Shown here in pieces: positions 19,569 to 28,697 of a stretch of 64,000 bases of DNA. Numbering within the stretch: the stretch's first letter is position 1; every line of letters begins with the position of its first letter. The notes beneath the pieces were generated by a model. The model was given only the letters and a program-made list of their open reading frames with translations, did not search any database and had not been told where the DNA came from. This stretch comes from Candidatus Latescibacterota bacterium (lineage in GTDB: Bacteria; Latescibacterota; UBA2968), in assembly GCA_965198115.1 (NCBI GenBank), contig OZ240241.1, positions 7,360,001 through 7,424,000 of the forward strand, read 5' to 3'. A program made the position numbers and the translations under genes.

Positions 19569-20513
19569 TTACAGATACTTCTTAGGAATCTGGGCACCGA
19601 CTGCGGCGAGTCCGACTGTGTGTTGGTAGATGTTGATGCGGAATTCGGGATTGGCGCTGACATGCGTGTAAGCCATGCCGGGCGTGACGCCGTAGTCCGT
19701 GACGAGCCAGTCGATGAGGTCTTCGACGACCTTGTGGACCATCTCGTCGAGGGTCTTGCCTGCTCGAACAGCGACGATGGAATCCGGCAGGTCGAGCTGG
19801 ATGAAGGGGATGCGCTTGTTCTTGATGACGCTGCAGGAAATCTGAAGCTCGGCCCGGGCGTCGTCTGCCCCGCCGCAATACTCCGTGTCGCCCTGGGAAG
19901 CGTGGACGTCGCCGAGGTAGAGCAGCCCGCCCGAGTGGTAAACGTTCAATCGGATCGTCGTGCCTTCCTTGACGTCGCGGATATCCAGATTGCCACCCGT
20001 TTTATCCTGCCCCATCGATGACGTAAACACCTCGCGTTCGGGTGCGACGCCGAAGCAGCCAATCATCGGCTGGAGGTCCCAGAGGTAGGACCCGTTCCGG
20101 AAGGCCTGGCCATCGCGCGTTGTTCCACTCGGACCAGGACGGTGCTCGATGATATTGATGACCGACCGATTGAACTCGGGCCATCGCGGATCCGTGCTGA
20201 TCGGCGTTGTGCCAGGTCCCCAGCAGTTGAACCCGAGTGCCTCTACTTCGATCCGCTCGATCGTCACTTCCAACAGGTCGCCGGGTTCGGCGCCACGGAC
20301 GTAAACAGGCCCGCCAAGCGGATTACCTTTTGACGGAGTCGACTTGCGAAGCGGGCTGTTGACCATCCGCTCTATATCGTTTTCACTCTTGATGACACCC
20401 GCACTTGCGTCTTCCGCTTCGATGACGAAGCTCTCACTCTGATCGACCGTCAGCACAGGTTCCTTCGCGGCGAACTCATATTCGTAGGCGTTCTCTCGCT
20501 TGATTCGTTGCAA
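19569..20513 (-). CDS. acetamidase/formamidase family protein, copy A
   Basis: GNPLGGPVYVRGAEPGD, PMIGCFGVAP, GGNLD, GDVHASQGDTE. Start reassigned to TTG 20513 by alignment with copy B. Confidence 0.88.
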   Translation of the reverse strand: MQRIKRENAYEYEFAAKEPVLTVDQSESFVIEAEDASAGVIKSENDIERMVNSPLRKSTPSKGNPLGGPVYVRGAEPGDLLEVTIERIEVEALGFNCWGPGTTPISTDPRWPEFNRSVINIIEHRPGPSGTTRDGQAFRNGSYLWDLQPMIGCFGVAPEREVFTSSMGQDKTGGNLDIRDVKEGTTIRLNVYHSGGLLYLGDVHASQGDTEYCGGADDARAELQISCSVIKNKRIPFIQLDLPDSIVAVRAGKTLDEMVHKVVEDLIDWLVTDYGVTPGMAYTHVSANPEFRINIYQHTVGLAAVGAQIPKKYL

Positions 20514-20529
20514 GGTTTTATCCAATCGA

Positions 20530-21474
20530 TCAGAGGTATTTCTTCGGGATCTGCGCGCCGATAGCAGCAAGCCCCACGGTGTACTGGTAGACGTTGATGC
20601 GGAAATCGGGATTCGCGCTGACATACATGTAAGACGTCGATGGGTCGACGCCATAGTCAGCGGCCATCCAGTCGATCAGATCGGCCACGGCTTCGTGAAC
20701 CATGAGATCCAGAGACTTGCCTGCCCGGACGGCAACGATCGAGTCTGGTAGGTCGAGCTGGATGAAGGGGATACGCTTGTTCTTAATGATTCGACACCTG
20801 GCCTGCACTTCGGATGGGGCTTCGTAGGCCACGCCGCAGTATTCGGTGTCGCCCTGAGAGGCGTGTACGTCGCCCAGGAACAGTAGACCGCCCGCGTGAT
20901 AGACGTTCAGACGAATCTTCGTGCTTTCCTTGACATCTCTGATGTCGAGATTGCCACCCGCGATGCTCTGACCGATGGAGGAGGTGAGGACTTCCCGTTC
21001 GGGCGCGACGCCGAAACAGCCGATCATCGGCTGAAGATCCCATTCGAAAGAGCCGTCGCGGTAGGCCATGCCGTCACGCGTGGTGTCGCTCGGGCCCGCG
21101 CGAAACTCGGGAATGTGAAACGTGAATTCACCTAACTCCGGCCAGCGAGGGTCGGAACTGATGGGCGTCGAGCCCCCGATCCAGCAGTGGAAGCCGTGGC
21201 TTTCGACTTCGATGCGTTCAATATCGATCTCGAGCAGGTCGCCCGGTTCCGCGCCACGGACGTGAACGGGGCCGCCGAGAGGGTTTCCCTTGGGCGGTGA
21301 CGCCTGACGATTCGGGTGACTGAGGATTTCCTCTTTGGTGACGCCGCTTCGTACCGTGCCGGCGCTCGCATCTTCGGTTTCGATCACGAAGGACTCGCCC
21401 TCTTCGACGGTCAGGACAGGCTCCTTGGCGGCGAATTCGAATTCGAGCGCATTTTCACGTTTTATACGCTGCAC
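20530..21474 (-). CDS. acetamidase/formamidase family protein, copy B
   Basis: Same motifs. GTG start 21474 gives the same 945-nt length as copy A. Confidence 0.88.
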   Translation of the reverse strand: MQRIKRENALEFEFAAKEPVLTVEEGESFVIETEDASAGTVRSGVTKEEILSHPNRQASPPKGNPLGGPVHVRGAEPGDLLEIDIERIEVESHGFHCWIGGSTPISSDPRWPELGEFTFHIPEFRAGPSDTTRDGMAYRDGSFEWDLQPMIGCFGVAPEREVLTSSIGQSIAGGNLDIRDVKESTKIRLNVYHAGGLLFLGDVHASQGDTEYCGVAYEAPSEVQARCRIIKNKRIPFIQLDLPDSIVAVRAGKSLDLMVHEAVADLIDWMAADYGVDPSTSYMYVSANPDFRINVYQYTVGLAAIGAQIPKKYL

Positions 21475-21484
21475 GAGTCCCTCT

Positions 21485-23026
21485 TTAGTTGGATGATTCG
21501 AGCCGCAGGATGGCCTGGGCCGCATTGTGACCGGGCGCGGCTGTGACTTCTCCCCCGGGATGTGTTCCCGCGCCACACAGGTAGAGTCCGTCGATGGGCG
21601 TGCTGTAGCCTGAAGGTCCGTGGTTGAATCGTTGAGACAGCATCTGATCGACGGTGATGTCGGTGTGACGGATGCTACCGTTCGTCAGATACACACGTTC
21701 TTCGAGATCAGGCGGTGTGAAGAGCTTCCAATCGATGATGGCGTCGCGGAAGTTCGGGGCGTAGCCGTTAATGGTGTCGATGAGGTGGTCGCCGACGCGA
21801 CTGTTTGCCTCGTCCCATGAACCGTCACGCAGCTGGGGCGGCGCGTAGAGTACCCAGACGGACATGACGTGCTGGCCCGAGGGCGTCAGGCTTTCTTCAT
21901 AGACGGAAGGAATCTGAATCGACATGACCGGACAGCTCGAAGGATGACCTTGTTGAGCGTCCGACCAGCTCTGTTCGTGGTAGTCGACGGTCGGACAGAT
22001 CCTGGCTTGCGCCAGGTAGCGGGGATCGAAGTCCTCTCCCAGGTGGCGTGAGAAGTCGGGAAGCTCCTTTAACGCACAGTGAAACTTGAGATACGTGACG
22101 CCGTTTTTCAGCCGACCGATCTGATCGATGAAGGTTGTTTCGAGGTCGGACGGATCGACGAGTCCAAGGAAAGTACGTTTCGGATCGGCGTTGGAAACGA
22201 CAATGTTCGAAGCGATCTCCTCGCCGTCGGTCAACACGACGCCACGAGCTCGGCCACTTTGAACGGCGATGCGTTCGATTTCCACATCGGTACGGATCTC
22301 GACCCCGCTGGCTTCGGCTGATCGGGCCATGGCTTGCGTGATCCCGCCCATCCCCCCATAGGGAATCCCGACGTTTTCCTCCTCGCTGAGCATGGCAGTT
22401 TTGTAATAGGCGACGGCCATGATGCTTCCCGGCGCCCGTACATCTCCTGCATCCTGCGCGTCCGTGTAGCTCGCCCGTACCTCTGGCGATTCGAAGAATT
22501 CCTCCGCGAGCGCCTTCGTGTTGCCCGTTAGCATACGCTCGAAGATCCGCTCGTCCGAGGTCCCCCTGACATCGGCGGCGATCTGGGCGATGGTAGGGGG
22601 CTCGGTCAGGAAATAGCGCTTGAGAATGTCGGCGGCCTGTTCCCAGAACGCCACATAGTCGGGATACCGCTTCCCGTCGGATGGAGAAATCCGACGCACT
22701 TCCTCGGCGGTCTGTTCCTCGTCGTGCCAGCCGAGCAGATACTGCCCATCGGGGAAGGGATGAAAACGATAGGGTTCGAGATGGTGGACTTCAAAACCGT
22801 GTTTCCGCAATTCCAGGTCCTCGATCACCTTCCCTTGGAGCATGTAGCAGATGTAGGAACAGCTCGATACGCGGAATCCCGGGAACAGTTCTTCGGTGAT
22901 ACAGGCTCCGCCTACGAATGGACGGCGCTCGAGCACCAGAACCTTCAGGCCCGATCTGGCGAGGTAGTTGGCGGTGACCAGCCCGTTGTGGCCGGCGCCG
23001 ACGATGAGGGCGTCGTATTCAGGCAA
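21485..23026 (-). CDS. NAD(P)/FAD-dependent oxidoreductase, phytoene desaturase-like family
   Basis: GAGHNGL Rossmann motif, GGACITEE, GGMGGIT, LYLCGAGTHPGGEV...GHNAA. Confidence 0.88.
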   Translation of the reverse strand: MPEYDALIVGAGHNGLVTANYLARSGLKVLVLERRPFVGGACITEELFPGFRVSSCSYICYMLQGKVIEDLELRKHGFEVHHLEPYRFHPFPDGQYLLGWHDEEQTAEEVRRISPSDGKRYPDYVAFWEQAADILKRYFLTEPPTIAQIAADVRGTSDERIFERMLTGNTKALAEEFFESPEVRASYTDAQDAGDVRAPGSIMAVAYYKTAMLSEEENVGIPYGGMGGITQAMARSAEASGVEIRTDVEIERIAVQSGRARGVVLTDGEEIASNIVVSNADPKRTFLGLVDPSDLETTFIDQIGRLKNGVTYLKFHCALKELPDFSRHLGEDFDPRYLAQARICPTVDYHEQSWSDAQQGHPSSCPVMSIQIPSVYEESLTPSGQHVMSVWVLYAPPQLRDGSWDEANSRVGDHLIDTINGYAPNFRDAIIDWKLFTPPDLEERVYLTNGSIRHTDITVDQMLSQRFNHGPSGYSTPIDGLYLCGAGTHPGGEVTAAPGHNAAQAILRLESSN

Positions 23027-23032
23027 AAGAGA

Positions 23033-23057
23033 GTGTTCAGTGTTCGGTGTTCAGGAA
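23033..23057 (+). repeat. 7-bp tandem repeat (GTGTTCR)x3 + GGAA
   Basis: gtgttcagtgttcggtgttcaggaa, ending 6 nt upstream of the 23026 start codon. Confidence 0.85.
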
Positions 23058-23096
23058 CACCGGGCGCCAGGTAGACATTGTAGATGACATTGCAGG

Positions 23097-23218
23097 GTCA
23101 CTTCGAGCACCTCGACTACGCTCGGCACAGGCTCCGTCGAGAAGTCCCTCTTCGCCCCTCGTAGTGGGCGTGTTCTCGACGGAGTCTATCCTGAGCCTGC
23201 CGAAGGGCTCGAACTGAC
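23097..23218. repeat. nested inverted-repeat element (REP doublet with a REP-like palindrome inside each arm)
   Basis: gtcacttcgagc[...]ccgtcgagaa pairs with ttctcgacgg[...]gctcgaactgac. Inserts are acctcgactacgctcggcacaggct and agtctatcctgagcctgccgaagg. Confidence 0.75.
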
Positions 23219-23248
23219 GCCGCGGAGGCGGGTGATCGGTGGTAAAGG

Positions 23249-24097
23249 TCACACGCGGGTGAACTTCTGGATTCGATCAGGTTTCCACGGCACCTCGCCG
23301 ACGTAGACGTCGCCGCTCGAGTCGACGCACAGACCGTGAGCGGGATCCGCGAATTGGCCCGGTCCCTCACCCTTTTCACCCCATCTTCCGACGAGATTGC
23401 CGTCAAGGTCGAACATACTGACTCGGCCAGGCGCCTCGGCCGCATAGATTATGTCTTCGTAGATCCCCATGTTGTTCGGCGCCTGGATATCGGTCCACTC
23501 TTCGAGGAATGTGCCGTCGAGATCGAAAAGCTGGATGCGGTTGTTCGTCCGGTCGGTTACGAGGATGCGGTCACGTGGATCGACCCAGAGATCGTGGGGG
23601 AGGGCGAACTGACCGGGCCCTTCGCCTTCTTCACCCCAGGAAAGTTCTAAATCACCGGCTGCCGAAAAGCGATGAACTCTGTGCTGGCCGTAGCCATCGG
23701 ATACGAAGACCTGCCCGGTTGAGGCCGCCATCGCCTTCGTCGGTCGATTGAAGGGCTGGCCCGGCGCGCCGACTTCGTTCGGCGTGCCCCACGTGTCCAG
23801 AAGTTCGCCGTCGACAGAGAAGATTCGAACGGTGTGGTCGTCCGTGTCGGCGCAGTAGAGACGGTCGTTCGAGTCGATCCAGATGTTGTGTGGATTCGAG
23901 AGAACGTCATCTCCGAACGTTCGCAGGTAACGTCCGTCGCGATCGTAGACCAGGATTGCGGGTGGTTCTCGGCGTGAGATGTAGACCCGGTCTTCCGAGT
24001 CGACGGTCGCGTCTGGGACGATGCCGCCCATCGCCTGACCATCGGATCCGAAACCCCAACCTTCCACAACTTCGTATTGATAGGTTTCCGTCGCCAC
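23249..24097 (-). CDS. NHL-repeat beta-propeller (peptidyl-alpha-hydroxyglycine lyase-like)
   Basis: Repeated FNRPT, GPGQFALPHDLWVD, GPGQFADPAHGLCVD, VSDGYG, DRTNNRIQ motifs. Confidence 0.85.
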   Translation of the reverse strand: MATETYQYEVVEGWGFGSDGQAMGGIVPDATVDSEDRVYISRREPPAILVYDRDGRYLRTFGDDVLSNPHNIWIDSNDRLYCADTDDHTVRIFSVDGELLDTWGTPNEVGAPGQPFNRPTKAMAASTGQVFVSDGYGQHRVHRFSAAGDLELSWGEEGEGPGQFALPHDLWVDPRDRILVTDRTNNRIQLFDLDGTFLEEWTDIQAPNNMGIYEDIIYAAEAPGRVSMFDLDGNLVGRWGEKGEGPGQFADPAHGLCVDSSGDVYVGEVPWKPDRIQKFTRV

Positions 24098-24110
24098 GTC
24101 TTGTCCTCCC

Positions 24111-25178
24111 TCAGTTGAAGACGAGAACCGTTCGAGCGACTTTGCCCTGAATCATGTCCTCGAATGCCTCGTTGATTTCGTCGAGTGGTCGATAGCGCGA
24201 GATCAGCTCGTCCAGCTTGATCTTTCCTTGCTTGTAAAGGTCAAGGATCCACAGAAAGTCGACGCGGGCGCGGGCGGCGCCGTGAAACGATCCGATCAGC
24301 GCGCGATCGCGAATGAGATCGTTTCCGTCAACCGAGACATCCTGGGCAGCCGGTTGAACACCGATTACGACAGCCGTTCCCGGGGCCCGAGTCGATTCGA
24401 AGGCCTGCTTGACGATGGATGGGAAACCGACGACCTCAAACGCATAGTCGACGCCTCCACCGGTGATCTGGCGAATTCGCTCGACCGGATCTTCCTTCTC
24501 AGCGTTGACGAAATGCGTAGCCCCGAATTGTTCGGCCAATTCCAACTTGTAGGAAACCGTGTCGACGGCGATGATTTTCCCGGCCGAAGCGAGCACGCCA
24601 CCCTGGATGACGTTGAGGCCGACGCCGCCGCAGCCGAAGACCGCCATCGAAGCTCCCGATTCGACTTTCGCCCGGTTCACGACCGCTCCGATCCCAGTGA
24701 TGACGGCACAACTGATGAGGCACGTCTTCTCCAGGGGCGTGTCTTCTGGCACCTTCACACAAGCGTCGGCGGGGATGATGGCCTGCTCGGTATAGGTCGG
24801 TCTGCCGTGGTGGTAGGGTTGGCCGTTTCTGGACATACGACTTGGCGGTACGCCCTGGTGTGTTTCGCATAGGGCGGGGCTGCCCTCGCTGCAGTTTCGA
24901 CAGTAGCCGCACATGGCGTCGAGAGAGAGGATGATCCTGTCGCCCGGTGCCACGCTGGTCACGCCCGGTCCAACCTCTTTGATGATCCCCGCGCCTTCGT
25001 GCCCCATGACGTAGGGCGTGGCTCTGGGTACCGTGTGCCCGTCGACCAGGTGGTAGTCGCTGTGGCAAACGCCGGCTCCGACCATGTCCAGCAGTACTTC
25101 ACCGTTTTCCGGAGGCGCGATGTCGATGTCTTCAACCGAGACGGGCTTGTGGGGTTCGTGGAAGATGGCTGCTTTCAT
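24111..25178 (-). CDS. Zn-dependent alcohol dehydrogenase (class III-like)
   Basis: GVCHSD, GHEGAG, CGYCRNC...C, ISCAVITG, GCGGVG motifs. Confidence 0.92.
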   Translation of the reverse strand: MKAAIFHEPHKPVSVEDIDIAPPENGEVLLDMVGAGVCHSDYHLVDGHTVPRATPYVMGHEGAGIIKEVGPGVTSVAPGDRIILSLDAMCGYCRNCSEGSPALCETHQGVPPSRMSRNGQPYHHGRPTYTEQAIIPADACVKVPEDTPLEKTCLISCAVITGIGAVVNRAKVESGASMAVFGCGGVGLNVIQGGVLASAGKIIAVDTVSYKLELAEQFGATHFVNAEKEDPVERIRQITGGGVDYAFEVVGFPSIVKQAFESTRAPGTAVVIGVQPAAQDVSVDGNDLIRDRALIGSFHGAARARVDFLWILDLYKQGKIKLDELISRYRPLDEINEAFEDMIQGKVARTVLVFN

Positions 25179-25211
25179 GGGGGCTCCTGCGGCTCTTCGG
25201 CCGCAGTTCGG

Positions 25212-25236
25212 GTGTTCAGCGTTCGGTGTTCAGGAA
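25212..25236 (+). repeat. 7-bp tandem repeat x3 + GGAA
   Basis: gtgttcagcgttcggtgttcaggaa. Confidence 0.8.
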
Positions 25237-25249
25237 AAGCAAAACAAAC

Positions 25250-26044
25250 CTAAGCGACGGTGACTGCTTCTGCTCTTTCGCGGAGTTCGTCGATGCCGTC
25301 GAGCATTTGCCTGATTTCCGGGCGATCGCAGGCGAGAATGCCTTCGTGCGGGTGGAACGCATCTTTCGACCACCGCAACAACGAAACGAAATGCGCATCG
25401 GAGGTTGGGCGTGCGATGAACTTGAGGGCGATGTAGCGACGCGGTCCAGTCTTCCCGTAGACGCCGTGGAACAGACTCTGATTGAAGAACAGGACGTCTC
25501 CTGGTTCGCTCTCGAAAGCGAAGCAGGGCACATCAGGTCCCCTCATGCCGAAGAAGTCGTCGATGTGCTTGGTATGGTTCTCCTGAAACGGTCGAAGATC
25601 TTCGTGCAACGGGAGGCGATGCGATCCTGGAATGACGCGGATGGCACCTTCCTCCTTCGTGGTCGGGTCCAGGTAGATCATGATCTTGATCCGCCTATAG
25701 TCCAGCTCCTTCGTGCCGGGCCGGTCGGCGTGCCAGTGGTGTATCGGTGTCCCCTGCAGGAATCCGCGGTTGCCCTCTGAACCGGACCAGATGAAGTCCT
25801 CACCCAGGAGTCCGGAGATGACTCTGTGGATCCGCTCGTCGTCGACGAGTCTGAGGAGTGTCTCGTTTCGTTCGACGAATGGCGCGGTGTGCATTCCTTC
25901 GTCGACAGCAGGTGGTTTCCCTAAGTCCTCTGTCCAGACCTGTTCCGAGGCGTCCTCGATGGCCTCGATTTCGTCAATCGAGAAGAGCTGGCGGCAACAC
26001 AGGAAGCCGAAGGTTTCGAAGTGTGCGCGATCGTTATCGTTCAT
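25250..26044 (-). CDS. PhyH family dioxygenase
   Basis: HFETFGFL, WHAD, GAIRVIPGSH, PGDVLFFNQSLFHG motifs. Confidence 0.85.
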   Translation of the reverse strand: MNDNDRAHFETFGFLCCRQLFSIDEIEAIEDASEQVWTEDLGKPPAVDEGMHTAPFVERNETLLRLVDDERIHRVISGLLGEDFIWSGSEGNRGFLQGTPIHHWHADRPGTKELDYRRIKIMIYLDPTTKEEGAIRVIPGSHRLPLHEDLRPFQENHTKHIDDFFGMRGPDVPCFAFESEPGDVLFFNQSLFHGVYGKTGPRRYIALKFIARPTSDAHFVSLLRWSKDAFHPHEGILACDRPEIRQMLDGIDELRERAEAVTVA

Positions 26045-26092
26045 GGCTTGTCTCTTGAGTGAATCCACAGATCACACAGAATGCACCACATC

Positions 26093-26377
26093 GTCACACT
26101 GAGCCCTTACTCCGCTCAGGTTAGACTCCGTCGAAGTGTTCTTCATCAAGGAGAGGGAATCCAACACGGTGTCACCCCGGCAGTGTGTTGAGCCGGGGCC
26201 CATTTTCGCTTCTGCCGCTCATTGTGTTGAGGCGGCGAGAATGGATCCCCCTTCGACAAGCTCCCTTCGACGGGCTCAGGACAGGCAGGACAGGCGGCCA
26301 AGAAGCGTACCGGGATGACATGGCCCTTCGCTCAGGTTCTCCTATTCCACCTCGTTACCAGGCTCTGCCTGGTAACG
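26093..26377. repeat. mosaic of nested REP-like palindromes
   Basis: gtcacactgagc[insert]ccgtcgaagtgt (26093-26139); long IR tgtcaccccgg...ccgggatgaca (26170-26320) containing cccttcgacaagct[cccttcgacgggctcaggacagg]caggacagg; cgttaccaggc-tct-gcctggtaacg (26353-26377). Confidence 0.8.
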
Positions 26378-27463
26378 CTACTGATACTTCGCCTCGTCCT
26401 CGGGGCTGATCTCGAGATCCTCGCCGACCTTCACCTCGAGCTTGTCTGCCCATTCCTGAATCCGTCCGACGGTCTTGGGCCATACCTCGACGCCCATTTC
26501 GAGTCGCTCTCGTCTGGAGTTCTGTTCGTAATCTCCGGGGACGATTACTTCGTCGAAACCGGCAGCGGGAGGCGTCTTCTTGATGCCGTCGAGGAAGCTG
26601 CGAACGCCCTTCTGATAATCTTCTAGCGGCAGGAAAGCCTTGACGTCGATGACCTGCATGAAGGCACCGCCCATTGTGCCCTGTTCCGCGTCGAACTGGC
26701 CGGACAGACCGCCCAAAAGGCAGGTGAACAGGGAGAGGGCGTAGCCTTTGTGGAGACCGAAACCGAGCATGTTTCCACCCTCGGTGAGGTCGCTCACTTT
26801 GACACTCGGGCTTCCGTTCTTGTCGACGATGCATCCTTCGGGCAGGTCGGCATCTTTGCTTTCGGCGAACGCGGTTTTCCCGCCTGCGATCATGGTCGTT
26901 GCATAGTCCAGGACAAACGGTGTGTCATCGCCCGTTGGTACGCCCACTGCGATCGGGTTCGTGCCGAGCTTGCCTTCGGCGCCACCGTAGGGAAGGGTCC
27001 CGCCGCCCCGAATGCCGACGCTCCGCTTGCCGCCTCCACCTCCAGTACTGATCCAGCCGATGCAACCCGCGTGGGCAGCGATTTCGGCCCACTGCCCGAG
27101 CCGACCGATGTGACCGTTATTCTTGAGGCTCACGCGGCAGACCTCGGACTGCTTGGCTTTCTTTATGGCCAGTTCGACGGCCGTCCTCGCCGTGTAGAGT
27201 CCTGATCCCTTGTTTCCGTTGAGGACGACGGTGGTGTCGGTCTCCCGCTCCACTGTCGGTTCCGCACCGGCGACGACCGCGCCCGATTCGATCGCATCGA
27301 GATAGCTAGGAATGCGCAGGATGCCGTGCGAGTCGTGTCCGGCGACGTTTGCGCCGACGAGCGTTGCGGCGATCACCTCCGCGATGTGGGTGGGCGTGCC
27401 GGCTGCCTCGAACAGCTGGCGCGTCATTGTGTGCAGGTAACTTGCTTGGTACCGCTGGGCCAT
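26378..27463 (-). CDS. Ldh_2 family (malate/L-lactate dehydrogenase-like) oxidoreductase
   Basis: GHDSHG, HIGRLG, GTNPIA, LDYATT, HKGYAL, PGD motifs. Confidence 0.9.
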   Translation of the reverse strand: MAQRYQASYLHTMTRQLFEAAGTPTHIAEVIAATLVGANVAGHDSHGILRIPSYLDAIESGAVVAGAEPTVERETDTTVVLNGNKGSGLYTARTAVELAIKKAKQSEVCRVSLKNNGHIGRLGQWAEIAAHAGCIGWISTGGGGGKRSVGIRGGGTLPYGGAEGKLGTNPIAVGVPTGDDTPFVLDYATTMIAGGKTAFAESKDADLPEGCIVDKNGSPSVKVSDLTEGGNMLGFGLHKGYALSLFTCLLGGLSGQFDAEQGTMGGAFMQVIDVKAFLPLEDYQKGVRSFLDGIKKTPPAAGFDEVIVPGDYEQNSRRERLEMGVEVWPKTVGRIQEWADKLEVKVGEDLEISPEDEAKYQ

Positions 27464-27505
27464 GGATTGCTCCTCGGTTGCTTGCGCTGGCTTCCGCCAG
27501 GATGG

Positions 27506-27560
27506 GTGTTCAGTGTTCGGTCCCCTACGTCTATGCTTCGGGGGACAGGTGTTTAGGAAA
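27506..27560 (+). repeat. 7-mer array interrupted by a ~29-nt palindromic insert
   Basis: gtgttcagtgttcggt[cccctacgtctatgcttcgggggacaggt]gtttaggaaa; compare the uninterrupted array at 23033. Confidence 0.75.
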
Positions 27561-27615
27561 ACAAACTTCCCGGGTGATTAAGCATAGCGAAAGACCTCTT
27601 CACAATGATTGAGAT

Positions 27616-28680
27616 CTATTTATACCGCTCCTTGTCCGATGCCTCTATGAGATCGTCGCTCCAGGCTATTTCGAGTTTATCGGCCCATTCCTTGATGCCG
27701 TCGACGGTCATGTCCCACACTTCGATACCGTTGGCGAGACGATCCTGACGTGCCAGGTGCTCGGGATCGCCGGGGACGAGGACCTGATCGAAACCCAGCG
27801 CCGGCGAGTTGTCCTTGACCGAGTCGAGGAACGCACGTACGCCCTCCTGATAGGGGCCAAGCGCTGTGAAAGCTTCGATATCCATCACCTGGATCAGACA
27901 CCCTCCCATGGACTGGCTCGTGGAATCGAAGTTTCCGTCCAGCCCACCAAGAAGTGCAACGACGAGCGACATCGCGTAGCCCTTGTGTTTGCCGAAGGCG
28001 AGAAGATTTCCCCCGTCGTAGTAATCCTGCACTTTGACGGTCGGGTTTCCGTCCTTGTCGACGATGCAGCCTTCGCGAAGGTCCTTACCCTGGGTCTCGG
28101 CGAAGAACATCTTGCCGGCCGCGATGGCGCTCGTCGCAAAGTCGATAATGAAGGGTGCTTCATCTCCTGTCGGAACGCCAATTGCCATGGGGTTCGTGCC
28201 CATAGCTGGCTTCGAGCCTCCATATGGCAGAATGCGCCCCTTGCCGGGGCCCCCGCTGCCCGCCGTGATGATGCCGATGCATCCCGCGTGGGCCGCGATT
28301 TCTGCGTAGGCGCCGAGTCTACCGATGTGACCCATGTTCGTGACGCATACGCGGTGGGTTTCGAGTTTTTTCGCTTTCTCAATCGCGTACTCCGTCGCCT
28401 TCTTGGCCGTATACAGGCCCGAACCGCCATTTCCGTCACACACAGCAATGGTGGAGGACCGATCAGTAAACGATGGTTCGTCTGCGCTATACCCTCCGCC
28501 GTTTTGAATCCCTTGCAGGTAACCTGGAACTCTCAGAATGCCGTGAGAGTCGTGTCCACTCAGGTTCGACCCGATGAGCATTTCGGCGATGACGTCGGCG
28601 ACGTGGCGAGGCGTGTCGATCGCCTCGAACAGTCGTCGAGTCAGGGCGTGGAGGAAAGCAACCTGATAGCGTTGTGCCAC
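27616..28680 (-). CDS. Ldh_2 family oxidoreductase (tandem paralog)
   Basis: GHDSHG, HIGRLG, GTNPMA, HKGYAM motifs. Shares the MAQRYQ N-terminus with its neighbour. Confidence 0.9.
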   Translation of the reverse strand: MAQRYQVAFLHALTRRLFEAIDTPRHVADVIAEMLIGSNLSGHDSHGILRVPGYLQGIQNGGGYSADEPSFTDRSSTIAVCDGNGGSGLYTAKKATEYAIEKAKKLETHRVCVTNMGHIGRLGAYAEIAAHAGCIGIITAGSGGPGKGRILPYGGSKPAMGTNPMAIGVPTGDEAPFIIDFATSAIAAGKMFFAETQGKDLREGCIVDKDGNPTVKVQDYYDGGNLLAFGKHKGYAMSLVVALLGGLDGNFDSTSQSMGGCLIQVMDIEAFTALGPYQEGVRAFLDSVKDNSPALGFDQVLVPGDPEHLARQDRLANGIEVWDMTVDGIKEWADKLEIAWSDDLIEASDKERYK

Positions 28681-28697
28681 GTCGTTGGCCTCACTGT

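Noticed and set aside
12186-23026. Sterol or carotenoid biosynthesis from the desaturase-like genes
   Set aside because: No squalene/phytoene synthase or cyclase in the window. Both families include many catabolic members.
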